Shown: one piece after another, positions 1 to 10,183 of the stretch
Layout: each line of letters starts with the position of its first letter
Numbering within the stretch: the first letter of the stretch is position 1
Assembly (NCBI GenBank): GCA_040219255.1
Contig: JAVJSW010000046.1
Coordinates: 128,001-192,000, forward strand
Direction: 5' to 3'
Length of the DNA stretch: 64,000 nt
From: Sumerlaeia bacterium
GTDB taxonomy: Bacteria; Sumerlaeota; Sumerlaeia; SLMS01; JAHLLQ01
Notes under the pieces: generated by a model
Seen by the model: only the letters and a program-made list of their open reading frames with translations
The model's database searches: none
Told to the model about the DNA's origin: nothing
Program-made: the position numbers and the translations under genes

Positions 1-662
1 CACCGCTCACCGCCATCACGGGATTCGTCGAGCTTGTCCTGGGCGAAAAGGCCGGCGCCGTCAACGATGCCCAGCGCAACCTTCTCGGCCGCGTCGCCAA
101 GAACACCGGTCACCTCAACAACATGGTCAACGACCTGATCGAAATCGCGGAGATCGAAGCCGAAGGCCTCCACGACGTCCAAATGGAAGCGGTCGATCCT
201 CTCGACACCTTGTTCAAAACCATCCCCAAACTCGAGTATCGCCGCCGGGACAAAAAAGTCCATGTCGATCCGATTTTCGACGACATCGTGCCCCACATCC
301 TCACGGACGCGCGCGCCCTCGAACGCATCTATTTTCATCTCCTCGACAACGCGGTGAAGTTCTCCGAGAGCACCGACCAGGTCGTCGTGCGCTTCGAACG
401 CCGGGGCCAAAACCATCTGTCCATTTCCATCGAAGACCAGGGCGTGGGTATCCCCGCCGACAAGCTCCAGCGCATCTTCGAGCAGTTCTATCAGATCGAA
501 AACAGCCTGACCCGCTCGCGCGAGGGCCTTGGGCTGGGACTTGCCGTGACCCGCATGCTCGTGCAAGCCACCCGCGGCGAGATCGAGGTGGAGAGCACCG
601 TGGACAAAGGCTCGACTTTCCGCCTGATCTATCCGATCGCGCCGAATTCCTATTCCGTTTAA
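1..662 (+). CDS. Sensor histidine kinase, C-terminal part (HisKA + HATPase_c), 5'-truncated by the window edge
   Basis: Frame open from base 3: PLTAITGFVELVLG (end of H-box), LLDNAVKFS (N box), EDQGVGI (G1), IFEQFYQ (F), GLGLGLA (G2). Confidence 0.93.
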   Translation, partial: PLTAITGFVELVLGEKAGAVNDAQRNLLGRVAKNTGHLNNMVNDLIEIAEIEAEGLHDVQMEAVDPLDTLFKTIPKLEYRRRDKKVHVDPIFDDIVPHILTDARALERIYFHLLDNAVKFSESTDQVVVRFERRGQNHLSISIEDQGVGIPADKLQRIFEQFYQIENSLTRSREGLGLGLAVTRMLVQATRGEIEVESTVDKGSTFRLIYPIAPNSYSV

Positions 663-667
663 AGAAC

Positions 668-694
668 GTGGCACGGGCGTCGCCGCCCGTGCCA
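668..694. terminator. Perfect hairpin between convergent genes (terminator or REP-like)
   Basis: TGGCACGGGCG-TCGC-CGCCCGTGCCA, 11-bp stem, between the kinase stop and the nucleotidyltransferase stop. Confidence 0.55.
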
Positions 695-726
695 AACAGA
701 GATTGTTGGGCTTCTAAGAAAAAGCC

Positions 727-1725
727 CTAGATGCTGACCGCGCTTGAATCGCCGATGTTGATCGATTGCGGGTGACCTTCCACCTGGGCTTTGTCGCCGA
801 TCAGCGAGTTGTCCAGGAAGACGTTCTTCAACTGAGCCTCCGCCCCCACAATCGTGTCCCTCAGGATCGAGCCCTTCACCGAAGTGTTCTCTCCGAGGAC
901 GGCGTAAGGTCCAACCACCGAGTCCTTGATCGCGCAGCCCTTGGCGATGAACACCGGGGGCACGATGACACTGTCGGGGTATTTGGCCTGATAGGACTTC
1001 TGCTGCTCGGCGGGGGAGAGATCGAGCAGCGTGCGGTTCGTTTCGAACAGCGTCTCCGGCTTGCCGCAATCCAGCCAGCCGTCGATCTGAAACGGCTTCA
1101 TCACGTGACCCCGCTCCAGCATCCCGGCCAGCGCGTCGGTCAGTTGGAATTCGCCCTTGGTGCGCTTGCCCGATTCCATCAAACTGTCCAGTTCGGAAAA
1201 GAGCAGCGCCGGGTCGTTGATCTTGTAGACGCCGACGATGGCTTCGTTGCTGGGCGGATTCTCCAACTTCTCGTGCATCGCGACGATACGGCCCGATTTG
1301 TCCGTTTCCACCACGCCAAAACGCCGCGGATCTTCCACCGCCTTCACGCCGATAGCCGTGTCGGGGGTCGAGAAAAGCGCCTTGAAATCAGCCTGGAGGA
1401 TCGTGTCGCCCAGGATGATCAGCAAGTCGTCGTCGTCCTTGTGAATCGATTTTCCGAGGCTGATGGCATGACCGAGGCCGAGCATCTGGGGTTGGGGGAC
1501 GCAGTTGATCTCGATGTTCGAGTACTTCTTGCGGGCGTGTTCTTCGATCACATCGCCCAGATAACCCACAATCAGAGTTACGCCCGTAATGCCCGCTTCC
1601 ACCAGCGAGTCGATGATGTGATCGAGCATCGGCTTGCCCGCCACGTTCATCAGAACCTTGGGCACGGTGTAGGTGTGGGGGCGCATCCGGCTGCCGAATC
1701 CGGCGACTGGGATAATGGCTCTCAT
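727..1725 (-). CDS. Sugar-phosphate nucleotidyltransferase (long-form glucose-1-phosphate thymidylyltransferase-like)
   Basis: AIIPVAGFGSRMRPHT..PKVL motif, GLGHAI, GEFQLTDAL, WLDCGKPE, C-terminal left-handed beta-helix repeats. Confidence 0.9.
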   Translation of the reverse strand: MRAIIPVAGFGSRMRPHTYTVPKVLMNVAGKPMLDHIIDSLVEAGITGVTLIVGYLGDVIEEHARKKYSNIEINCVPQPQMLGLGHAISLGKSIHKDDDDLLIILGDTILQADFKALFSTPDTAIGVKAVEDPRRFGVVETDKSGRIVAMHEKLENPPSNEAIVGVYKINDPALLFSELDSLMESGKRTKGEFQLTDALAGMLERGHVMKPFQIDGWLDCGKPETLFETNRTLLDLSPAEQQKSYQAKYPDSVIVPPVFIAKGCAIKDSVVGPYAVLGENTSVKGSILRDTIVGAEAQLKNVFLDNSLIGDKAQVEGHPQSINIGDSSAVSI

Positions 1726-1776
1726 GCGATATGTTCCTTAAGTATCGGGATGGACTGGCGATAACTCTCCCGCGCG

Positions 1777-3048
1777 TCAGCCTTCCGCCGCGCGCATCGG
1801 GAAGCCGCTGGCCAACTCCTCCACTTGGGCGCGCACCTGGGCAACCACGGATTTGTCACCCGTGTTTTTCACCACCTCGGCAATCCACTTTCCGATGGTG
1901 CGCATTTCCGCCTCGCCCATGCCGCGGCTCGTCAGCGCCGGCGTCCCGATCCGAATGCCGCTGCACTCGGTCGGCTTGCGCTTATCATAGGGAATCATGT
2001 TCATGTTGATCGTGATGCCCGCTTCCTCCAGCGCATCGCTCGCGGCCTTGCCAGTCACGTCTCCCAGCGGCGTCAAGTCCACCAGAATCAAGTGTGTATC
2101 CGTTCCGCCAGAGACCAGTCGCATGCCGTTCTCGACCATCACCTCGCCCAGAGTTTTCGCGTTGGCGATGACCTGCTTCGAGTAGGTCTGGAAGCTGGGG
2201 CGCTGGGCCTCGCCAAAGGCCACCGCCTTGGCCAGCACGATGTGCATCAGCGGTCCGCCCTGCAAACCCGGGAACACGCACCGGTTAAGGTCTTTAGCGA
2301 ATTTTTCGTTCGCCAGGATCAAACCGCCCCGCGGACCCCGCAGCGCCTTGTGCGTCGTCGTCGTGCAAATGTCGCTGTAGGGCATCGGGTTCGGGATGGC
2401 CTTGCCCGCCACCAGGCCGCTGAAGTGCGCCATGTCCACCAGCAGCACGGCGCCGATTTCGTCGGCGATCTCGCGGAACTTCGCGTAATCGATGAGCCGC
2501 GGATAGGCACTGCCGCCGGTGATGATCATCTTCGGCTTATGCTCCTTCGCCAGCGAACGAACCTGATCGAAATCGATCTCCTCCGTGTCCTCGCGCACGC
2601 CGTACTGGACGATGTTGTAGATCTTGCCCGCCATGTTCACCTTATGGCCGTGCGACAAGTGACCGCCGTGCGCCAGCGCCAGGCTCAGCACCGTGTCGCC
2701 CGGGTCGCACACCGCCATGAAAACCGCCTGATTCGCCGTCGTCCCGCTGTGGGGTTGGCTGTTGGCATATTCGGCGTCGAACAGAGCCTTCGCGCGCTCG
2801 TTGGCGATCGTCTCCACCGCATCGTACTCGGCGCAGCCATGGTAGTAGCGCTTACCCGGATAACCCTCCGCGTACTTGTTCGTGAACACCGAACCGGCCG
2901 CCTCGCGCACGGCGTCACTCGCGATGTTCTCGCTGGCGATCATTTCGAGGGTCGTCAATTGACGGTGCCGCTCCGCTTCGATGTGGCGGAACAGGTCCGG
3001 ATCCTGGGTGGCGATGGCGCTGCTGGTGGGGGCTTCGGCAAGAGTCAT
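1777..3048 (-). CDS. glyA: Serine hydroxymethyltransferase
   Basis: [39 protein letters not shown] (PLP lysine), SGIRIGTPA. Confidence 0.98.
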   Translation of the reverse strand: MTLAEAPTSSAIATQDPDLFRHIEAERHRQLTTLEMIASENIASDAVREAAGSVFTNKYAEGYPGKRYYHGCAEYDAVETIANERAKALFDAEYANSQPHSGTTANQAVFMAVCDPGDTVLSLALAHGGHLSHGHKVNMAGKIYNIVQYGVREDTEEIDFDQVRSLAKEHKPKMIITGGSAYPRLIDYAKFREIADEIGAVLLVDMAHFSGLVAGKAIPNPMPYSDICTTTTHKALRGPRGGLILANEKFAKDLNRCVFPGLQGGPLMHIVLAKAVAFGEAQRPSFQTYSKQVIANAKTLGEVMVENGMRLVSGGTDTHLILVDLTPLGDVTGKAASDALEEAGITINMNMIPYDKRKPTECSGIRIGTPALTSRGMGEAEMRTIGKWIAEVVKNTGDKSVVAQVRAQVEELASGFPMRAAEG

Positions 3049-3215
3049 GGAGGTCGTGTCCTTCTCTTCGAGTGAATAGGTGCGGCAGTTTGGAAAGCGG
3101 AGCGGCCCTCGCCGCTCAACTCATTTCAACATATCATGATATGTGTCGAACGAGGCAAGTCAAATCCTCGGTCCCGGGCAGTCAGCCCCATCGGCGGCGG
3201 CGGTTCAAAGGAAAA

Positions 3216-3382
3216 GAATTCACCGCGGAGGCGCGGAGGGCGCTGAGAAGTTCAAGAGCCCCAAATTTCAATTGATCGACAGGTGAATCGCTAGCTCAGA
3301 GGCTCAAACTCTCTTCTCGCGCCAAACCAACAGCAACAGAACCCAGCGAATCCTCTGCGTCCCCTTCGCCTCTGCGGTGAAA
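3216..3382. mobile_element. MITE-like gene-less element bounded by about 33-bp imperfect inverted repeats
   Basis: Left arm GAATTCACCGCGGAGGCGCGGAGGGCGCTGAGAA (3216-3249); right arm reverse complement TTCACCGCAGAGGCGAAGGGGACGCAGAGGA; related copies at 51113 and 53153. Confidence 0.6.
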
Positions 3383-3542
3383 CCTGAATCCCGGCCCCCC
3401 CGAGAAAAAACCGCTTTCTCTATGTCTCGCGCCAGCGGCGATTTTCCCCTCGCGTCCCATGCGAGGGGGCTGTTTGCGTTCCTACGTCCGAATCAGTTCG
3501 GTCCTCTAGACTCTAGTCATTCGAAACGCGTAGGGAACGATT

Positions 3543-4511
3543 ATGCCTCGTACACTCGTCACCGGCGGTGCGGGATTTCTTGGAAGCCATCTTTGCGAGC
3601 GTCTGCTCGGGATGGACCACGAAGTCCTGTGCATGGACAACCTCTCGACCGGAAAGACGGATAACATCGCTCATATCCGTGACGAGCGGTTTACCTTCAT
3701 CAAGCAGGATGTGACCAATTACATCTACGTCGACGGCCCCGTCGACTACATCCTGCACTTCGCCTCGCCGGCCAGCCCCATCGATTATCTCGAACGTCCC
3801 ATCCCGACCCTCAAGGTCGGCTCCCTGGGCACCCACAAGGCCCTCGGTCTCGCGAAGGAAAAAGGCGCCCGTCTGCTTCTCGCTTCCACCAGCGAAGTGT
3901 ACGGCGATCCCCTGGTTCACCCCCAAAAGGAAGACTACTGGGGAAACGTGAACCCCATCGGTCCCCGCGGCGTTTACGACGAAGCCAAGCGTTTCGCCGA
4001 GGCCATCACCATGGCCTATCAGACCTTCCACGGTCTGGAGACCCGCATCGTCCGCATTTTCAACACCTATGGCCCGCGCATGCGGCTTCATGATGGCCGC
4101 GTCGTCCCGACCTTCATCCGCCAGGCGCTCCTCAACGAGCCCATGACAGTCTTCGGCGACGGCTCACAGACCCGCAGCTTCTGTTTCGTGGACGATTTGG
4201 TGGAGGGCATACTGCGCCTGCTTTTCTCCGACGAGCCCCTGCCCGTCAACATCGGCAACCCCCGCGAAATGACGATTCTGCAGTTCGCAGAAGCTATCAA
4301 GGCCGCCACCGGTTCGACCGCCGATATCATCCACAAGCCTCTGCCGACGGATGACCCCAAGGTCCGCCAGCCCGACATCACCAAAGCCAAGCGCGTTCTC
4401 AACAACTGGGAGCCCAAGGTCACGCTTGATCAAGGTCTGGAAAAAACCATCGCCTACTTCCGCGACCGCCTCAACAAGTACCCGGAATTGGCCCTCGCCG
4501 AGAACGAGTAA
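3543..4511 (+). CDS. UDP-glucuronate decarboxylase (UDP-xylose synthase) family SDR
   Basis: [55 protein letters not shown]. Confidence 0.93.
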   Translation: MPRTLVTGGAGFLGSHLCERLLGMDHEVLCMDNLSTGKTDNIAHIRDERFTFIKQDVTNYIYVDGPVDYILHFASPASPIDYLERPIPTLKVGSLGTHKALGLAKEKGARLLLASTSEVYGDPLVHPQKEDYWGNVNPIGPRGVYDEAKRFAEAITMAYQTFHGLETRIVRIFNTYGPRMRLHDGRVVPTFIRQALLNEPMTVFGDGSQTRSFCFVDDLVEGILRLLFSDEPLPVNIGNPREMTILQFAEAIKAATGSTADIIHKPLPTDDPKVRQPDITKAKRVLNNWEPKVTLDQGLEKTIAYFRDRLNKYPELALAENE

Positions 4512-4539
4512 GTCCATCGGTTTGCGCCAAACGATACAC

Positions 4540-4578
4540 GCAAGAAGGCCGCTCTCGGTTTGAGAGCGGCCTTCTTGC
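4540..4578. terminator. Probable bidirectional intrinsic terminator
   Basis: 17-bp perfect stem GCAAGAAGGCCGCTCTC-GGTTT-GAGAGCGGCCTTCTTGC between convergent genes. Confidence 0.8.
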
Positions 4579-4610
4579 TGTCGAGGGATCATCAGATCGG
4601 CGTTCGATCG

Positions 4611-5234
4611 TCAGGCAGGGGCGGCGCCTGAGATGTCCGGCTTCTCCTTCACCCCGAACAAGCCCCGGAAAACGGTCTTGGCCAGCTTCCAGAAGGTCAT
4701 CAGCACGAAGACGCAGAAAGTGACAAGCAGGCCCAGCAGAATGAAGAGGCCGATGGGGCTGATGGCGGCGACGACAGTTGTGGTCGTGGCGACGACGTCC
4801 TCGAAGAGGCTCGCGATGGGTCCGAGCACCGGCGACGTTCCGGTCGAATGCGCCGCCAGCCGCGTCGTCGCCTTGGTGGCGTGCGACGTCGTCGCCAGCG
4901 TCCCGCCGATCAGGCCGGACATGATCTGGAATTCCATCGGCACATCGCCCAGCGCCGTGGCCGCGATGATCACGCCCGCCGGGATGCGGATAAAGGTGTG
5001 AATCGCATCCCAGGTGGAATCCACCGCGGGGATCTTATCCGCGAAGAATTCGACAGTGTAGAGCCCGGCGGAAACGGCGAGAACGCCGCCGTGCTCAAGG
5101 ATCAGCAAATCCGCCGGCAGGTCGAAACCGGTCCAGCGGCTCAACGCGCCCAGCACGAATACGGTCGCGTAAAGGTTGATGCCCGCCGCGAAGCTGGCAC
5201 CCAGGGCAACGGATAGGGCGGCAAGAACGTCCAT
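4611..5234 (-). CDS. DUF4126 family membrane protein
   Basis: SFAAGINLYAT, VEFFADKIPAVDSTWDAIHTFIRIPAG, SHATKATTR, SLFED signatures. Confidence 0.88.
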   Translation of the reverse strand: MDVLAALSVALGASFAAGINLYATVFVLGALSRWTGFDLPADLLILEHGGVLAVSAGLYTVEFFADKIPAVDSTWDAIHTFIRIPAGVIIAATALGDVPMEFQIMSGLIGGTLATTSHATKATTRLAAHSTGTSPVLGPIASLFEDVVATTTTVVAAISPIGLFILLGLLVTFCVFVLMTFWKLAKTVFRGLFGVKEKPDISGAAPA

Positions 5235-5304
5235 GTCTCTTGAGGTCGCCTCCTGTGAAGTGTCACAATTCGTACCTGACCTTGGCGGAGATATTCAATC
5301 CCTG

Positions 5305-7044
5305 ATGCGAAAAAATGCTGACGAAGCCGCTACGGACCTCGAGCCATCCGCCCTCGCCTCACCCTTGTGGGCAGAGGCGCGGCCTATTCCGCTCGCCTGG
5401 GAACTGGCCGCTGTCGCCCTCCTGCTTGTGGCCGGGGCGATCTTGCGGTTCGCCCAGCTCGACACGGTGCCGCCCGGGCTCTGGTACGATGAAGCCATCA
5501 ATGGCCTGGATGCGTTGACAATCTGGCGCGAGCCCGGGTTCCCCCTCTTCTTCATGACCGAGGGTCACCCCCGCGAGCCCCTCTATATGTACCTGGAGCT
5601 GCTTGGCGTCTGGACCGCCGGCACCACCGCCGAGGCCATCCGCGGCGTCAGCGGTGTCATCGGTCTGCTGACCATTCCGCTGATGTGGCTTTTCGGGCGC
5701 CAGCTTGGCGGGTGGCGGCTGGGGCTGCTGAGCGCCTTCCTGCTCACCTTCATGCGCTGGCACGTACACTTCTCGCGGCTCGCTTTCCGCACCATTCTTA
5801 GCCCCATGTTCTGCCTTCTTGGCGCCATTCTGCTGGTGCGGGTCATTCGGAAACGGCGGCCCCTCGATGCGGCGCTCTTTGGCGCGCTGCTCGGTCTTTC
5901 GCTCTACACCTACCTGAGTATGCGTCTCTTCCTCGTCGCGGCGGGGCTGACCTTCGCGGGCGGGCTGCTTATCACGAAGACCCCGCGCGCTCTCTTCGCC
6001 AAGCTCTCCGCCGCCGCCGCCATTGGGTTCTTCGTGGTTTTCGCGCCGCTGGGGATCAACTACCTCAGCCACCCGGAGCACTTCTCCGGCCGCCAGGGCG
6101 AGATTTCCCTGATCGGCGGAGGAGCGGAAGGCTGGGCCCGCATCGCCATGCAAACCCGAGACGTTGCTCTGATGGGACTGCTGCGCGGCGATCACGAGGA
6201 CAAGCACAACATCCCCGGCCCGCCCCGCTTCGCCCAGCCCGTCCTCTGGGGGTCGGAAACCGCCGACGCCGCCGCCCGCTGGGAAGACCTGCGCCGAACC
6301 GCCCCCGAGGCCGTCCCCGATGAGCACGGCACCGGCCTCGCCACGTTCGATGTCGTCACAGGCCTTTTGTTCTATCTCGGCTTGGGAGCCGTGATCTGGC
6401 GGTTCTTCCGCGAGCGCAACCTCTGGGCGGCGTTTCTTCTGCTGTGGCTGGGTCTGGGGGCGCTGGCGTCCATTCTGTCCTTCGGCGCTCCGAACCTGTT
6501 GAGGCTGCTGATGTTATCGCCGTTGGCGGCGCTGCTGATCGCGGTGGCGGTGCTGACGCTCAACGATCGCCTTGCCCTTCCCCGAACTCTCCGCGCCGCC
6601 CTCGTGACCGCTTTCCTTCTCTGGTTCGCGGCCGGCGAGAGCTACCGCTACTTCGCCGTCTATCCCTCTCATCCCGGAGTCTGGTGGAGCTACAACAGCA
6701 ACTTCGCCGAACTCGCCAAGACGCTCGCCGAGTCGTCCACACGCCCCGAGCAGATCGTCGTGCCCGATTACGTCGCGACCGCACCGACCTTCGCCTTCCT
6801 CGCCGACTCGGTGGAAGGCGTCGTGCCGTGGCCGCCCCGCGGCGACAACGCGCCCGCTTTGTCTGGCCGGGTCTGGCTCGTTTTGACACAGCCACCCTTC
6901 CCTCCTCTACAGACAGAAGGCCTGGCCAATAAAGACGTGTCGCCCATCGAGTCCCTGGAAACGCCAGAAGGACTGCGATGGGCGGTGATTGTGGAGGGGG
7001 ATTTGGATTCCGAGGACTGGGGTTCGCCCAAGCCTAAGCCTTGA
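5305..7044 (+). CDS. ArnT/PMT-like (GT-C) membrane glycosyltransferase
   Basis: LRFAQLDTVPPGLWYDEA motif, REPLYMYL, WHVHFSR, LSLYTY, many TM helices; start placed at ATG 5305. Confidence 0.85.
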   Translation: MRKNADEAATDLEPSALASPLWAEARPIPLAWELAAVALLLVAGAILRFAQLDTVPPGLWYDEAINGLDALTIWREPGFPLFFMTEGHPREPLYMYLELLGVWTAGTTAEAIRGVSGVIGLLTIPLMWLFGRQLGGWRLGLLSAFLLTFMRWHVHFSRLAFRTILSPMFCLLGAILLVRVIRKRRPLDAALFGALLGLSLYTYLSMRLFLVAAGLTFAGGLLITKTPRALFAKLSAAAAIGFFVVFAPLGINYLSHPEHFSGRQGEISLIGGGAEGWARIAMQTRDVALMGLLRGDHEDKHNIPGPPRFAQPVLWGSETADAAARWEDLRRTAPEAVPDEHGTGLATFDVVTGLLFYLGLGAVIWRFFRERNLWAAFLLLWLGLGALASILSFGAPNLLRLLMLSPLAALLIAVAVLTLNDRLALPRTLRAALVTAFLLWFAAGESYRYFAVYPSHPGVWWSYNSNFAELAKTLAESSTRPEQIVVPDYVATAPTFAFLADSVEGVVPWPPRGDNAPALSGRVWLVLTQPPFPPLQTEGLANKDVSPIESLETPEGLRWAVIVEGDLDSEDWGSPKPKP

Positions 7045-7048
7045 TGAT

Positions 7049-7699
7049 TCAGGCGCTTGCGGGTTTCTTGTTGGCGGGCTTGGAGCTGCGCCGGCCCCGC
7101 TTCGCGGGCTTCTTCGGCTCCTCAGGCTGGGCCTTTTCGAGCTTCTCGCCCTCCCAGCGCTCATGCTTCAGCTCTTCGGTCATGGGCGCGTGGATCACGT
7201 CCATCTCCGTGAGCTTGTCGATGGCGAGTTTGATCTCGCGGTAAACGCGCTTGTAAACTTCCAGAGTCGCCCCCATCGGGTCGTTGATCTGGTAGTTCTT
7301 CATGTCGCTCTTCGTGTATTCCTTCAGGAGGAAGGTCTTGTCGTTCACGCCGTCGACGCCCCATTCGACGGCCTTGCGCTTGGCGTCCTGGACGTGGAAG
7401 GGGGTCATGCCAAGGACCAGGTCGGCCTTCTTGAGCAACTCCGGCGTCAGCCGGGCGCTGCGATGCTTGTCGATCTCCACACTCGCCGACTCCATGACTT
7501 GAACCGCTTCCGCCGTTGGCAGAAGGCCGTCGATCGTCATCACGCCCGCGGTGCGGACCTCGATGTGCTTGATCCCGTTGCGGTCTAAATAGTCCTGGAG
7601 CAGGCCTTGAGCCATGGGGCTCCGGCAGGTGTTGCCGGTGCAAAGAAAGACGATGATGCGCTTCTTCTTGCGCTTGGCGAGGAGCATGATGGCCTCCAT
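7049..7699 (-). CDS. Low-molecular-weight protein phosphatase, YwlE-like (probable protein-arginine phosphatase)
   Basis: FLCTGNTCRSPMA P-loop, RTAGV, ADLVLGMT..H, INDPMG. Confidence 0.88.
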   Translation of the reverse strand: MEAIMLLAKRKKKRIIVFLCTGNTCRSPMAQGLLQDYLDRNGIKHIEVRTAGVMTIDGLLPTAEAVQVMESASVEIDKHRSARLTPELLKKADLVLGMTPFHVQDAKRKAVEWGVDGVNDKTFLLKEYTKSDMKNYQINDPMGATLEVYKRVYREIKLAIDKLTEMDVIHAPMTEELKHERWEGEKLEKAQPEEPKKPAKRGRRSSKPANKKPASA

Positions 7700-7829
7700 A
7701 TCCTCTCGGGGCAGCAGTGAATCGACGGAAGCCGAGTTGACTGCCGGTTATGCGATCCGCTTGAAAACTGGACTGACGTCCCCGGCTTGCAAATCAATGA
7801 ACTAAGCAATTCCCATGCAGGGTGGGAAC

Positions 7830-8948
7830 TCAAGAGCCTTTCAGCAACTTAAACGCCCCTATGATACCAAAAACGACATTGGGAAACCAGACCAGCGGCG
7901 CGACCGGAATTCCCGAGCCGTACTCCGCCAATTGCCGGCAACCGATCATCACCAGATAAAAGGCGACGACCCAGATCAATCCTCCGCCCAGACTGTACAC
8001 GAAGCCCTGGGACCGGGGCTTCATGATGTGGCCGCACATCAACAGCGCGATCACAAAGGAAGCCAGAGGCAGGACCAACTTCGAGTGAAGCCGTGTGCGG
8101 AACTCCGCCGTGTCCTTCTTCTGCGCCTCCATCAGGCGAATGTACTCCCGGAGTTGGAGAAAATTCATCGCGTCCGGGTCATCGAACTTGCTCAGAAGCA
8201 GCCGCAGATTTACTTCCATCTTGCGGGCTTCCAATTCCGGCTCCCGCAGCCGCTCGTGCAGCGTGAAGGAGACCGGACGCCCGGAAGTATCGAACTTGCG
8301 GATCGAAGCGTTCTGGAACTCCCAGCCGGTGTAGTCCGCCCGGTCCACATAGCTTCCTGTTTCGGCTCGCAACTCCCACTCCGGCAGGTGCGTTCTCGGC
8401 TGCAAGTCGATCAGCACCGGGCTTTTCATCACTTCGTTGGCCGAGTCGTAAGCCTCGATGATGTACAGTCGCCGGTCCGCCCCGCGTTGGTAGATGTTCT
8501 CGTTGCGGGTGATCGCGCTCATGTCGCGTTCCTGCAACCGCACCTTCTCGATGATGACCGCCTTGCGCTCGGCCTTCGCCACCAGCGTCTCATTGATGCC
8601 GATGGCGCCCAAGCTGACCAGGAACGCGCCGATCAAAAAAGGCAGCGACAGGCGCTGGGGGCTGAGACCACCGGCCAGATAGGCCAGGATCTCGTTGTTC
8701 CGCGATTTCGTCATCACCACCCACAAAACCGAGGCGGCGACGGCGAAGGAAACCACGAGGACAAGTTTGCCCGGCAGCGAGCACAGGAAGTAGAGGAAAA
8801 GCCAATAGGCGCCGAAATCGACGCCGCCGAAAATCTTATCCGTGAAATCCAGGATGGTTTCGATCAGAATAATGAACGTGATGAAAACGAGGATCATCAC
8901 GAAGGCGCGAAAAAAATCGCCCAGAAATTCTCGATCAATGAGGTTCAT
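7830..8948 (-). CDS. LptF/LptG family LPS export permease
   Basis: NLIDR N-terminus, SRNNEILAYLAGGLS, 3 TM + periplasmic domain + 3 TM, KLVLPLASFV, VWFPNVVF. Confidence 0.88.
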   Translation of the reverse strand: MNLIDREFLGDFFRAFVMILVFITFIILIETILDFTDKIFGGVDFGAYWLFLYFLCSLPGKLVLVVSFAVAASVLWVVMTKSRNNEILAYLAGGLSPQRLSLPFLIGAFLVSLGAIGINETLVAKAERKAVIIEKVRLQERDMSAITRNENIYQRGADRRLYIIEAYDSANEVMKSPVLIDLQPRTHLPEWELRAETGSYVDRADYTGWEFQNASIRKFDTSGRPVSFTLHERLREPELEARKMEVNLRLLLSKFDDPDAMNFLQLREYIRLMEAQKKDTAEFRTRLHSKLVLPLASFVIALLMCGHIMKPRSQGFVYSLGGGLIWVVAFYLVMIGCRQLAEYGSGIPVAPLVWFPNVVFGIIGAFKLLKGS

Positions 8949-9054
8949 GGAAGTCAGCGGGAGCTTTCAGGTCTGGATGGTGAACAACCGCCCCCCGCCA
9001 CCGTGAATGGTCGTTTTCCGTGCCGCCAGGCGGCACGGAAAACATGGGAGGGCC

Positions 9055-9702
9055 TTACTGGGCCGGAGTCTCCTCCGGAGCCTGCTCTTGAGAAGCGGCC
9101 TCTTCGACGGCTTCTTCGTCCTGAACGTCCGCATCGGGGCCGGCGGCGGCTTCCGCCTCCTGAGCCTTCGCAGCGGCCTTGTCCTTGGCGGCCTTGCGCT
9201 CCGCTTGCTCGCGGGCGCGCTCTTCCGCCTCTTCCATGGCGCGGATTTCATCCGGCGTGCGGAAGCGTTCCACAATCACCTTCAGATTCGCGTACACTTC
9301 CGTGTAGAGACGGATCTTGACGGGGAATTCGCCGAGGGTGCGGATGTTTTCGCCGATTTCAATCTTGCGGCGGTCCACATCGAAGCCCTTTTCCGCCAAG
9401 GCGGCGGCGACGTCGGTGGTGGTCACCGAACCGAAAAGCTGGCCGTTGTCGTTGGCGCGATGCTTGAACTCGAGGCGGATGCCGTCCATGTCGTTGGCAC
9501 GGACTTTGGCTTCCTCGCGTTCGCGGGCGACGACGGCTTGCAGCTTCTTGCTTTGTTGCTCCATCAGGGCCACGTTGGCCTTGCTGGCTTCGCGGGCGAA
9601 ACCGCGGGGACCCAGGAAATTGCGGTAGTACCCGCGCTTGACGTCCACGAGCTCGCCGGCCTGGCCCAGGTTATCGACGGATTTGAAAAGAACGACTTTC
9701 AT
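9055..9702 (-). CDS. rplI: 50S ribosomal protein L9 with acidic C-terminal extension
   Basis: MKVVL..VDNLGQAGELVDVKRGYYRNFLGPRG, GQLFGSVT, IRTLGEF; operon context. Confidence 0.97.
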   Translation of the reverse strand: MKVVLFKSVDNLGQAGELVDVKRGYYRNFLGPRGFAREASKANVALMEQQSKKLQAVVAREREEAKVRANDMDGIRLEFKHRANDNGQLFGSVTTTDVAAALAEKGFDVDRRKIEIGENIRTLGEFPVKIRLYTEVYANLKVIVERFRTPDEIRAMEEAEERAREQAERKAAKDKAAAKAQEAEAAAGPDADVQDEEAVEEAASQEQAPEETPAQ

Positions 9703-9739
9703 GTTCTGACCTTGTGCGATGGAATGGGTGAGGCCTGGC

Positions 9740-10159
9740 TTAGCCCTCGGTCGAGTAGGGGAGCAGGGCGAGATGACGGGCGCGCTTGATCGCCAGCGTC
9801 AGCATGCGCTGATACTTGGCGGAGGTGCCGGTCATGCGCCGGGGCAGAATCTTGCCCTGCGGCGTGATGAACCGCTGCAGCGTCTTCACGTCCTTGTAGT
9901 CGATATACTCGGCGCCGATCAGCGTGAAGTAGCACACCTTGCGGCGCGGGAAGCGCCGGCGGGGCCGGCCACCTCCACCGCCACCGCGGCGGTCGCCACC
10001 GCGATCGCCGCGATCTCCGCGGTCGCCACGATCACCGCCGCGGTCTCCGCGGTCACCGCCGCCACGGCGTTCGCCGCGATCACCACGATCGCCGCGATCA
10101 CCCCGGTCGCTGTTGCCTTGATAGCCAGAATGGCTGCGTGTTTGTTGCATGTCGCTCAT
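9740..10159 (-). CDS. rpsR: 30S ribosomal protein S18 with N-terminal (GDR)n extension
   Basis: [46 protein letters not shown]. Confidence 0.97.
   Translation of the reverse strand: MSDMQQTRSHSGYQGNSDRGDRGDRGDRGERRGGGDRGDRGGDRGDRGDRGDRGGDRRGGGGGGRPRRRFPRRKVCYFTLIGAEYIDYKDVKTLQRFITPQGKILPRRMTGTSAKYQRMLTLAIKRARHLALLPYSTEG
9985..10112 (-). repeat. Degenerate 9-bp tandem repeat encoding (GDR)n in rpsR
   Basis: Repeated CCGCGATC/CCGCGGTC/CCACGATC units; translates as [22 protein letters not shown]. Confidence 0.8.
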
Positions 10160-10183
10160 GGGAAAAACTTCCTCCGGATGATG

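Noticed and set aside
3049-3215. Riboswitch upstream of glyA
   Set aside because: No recognisable glycine or ZTP aptamer consensus on the minus strand
9985-10112. CRISPR-like or DNA-level repeat array
   Set aside because: Degenerate 9-bp coding repeat within rpsR, with no spacers and no cas genes
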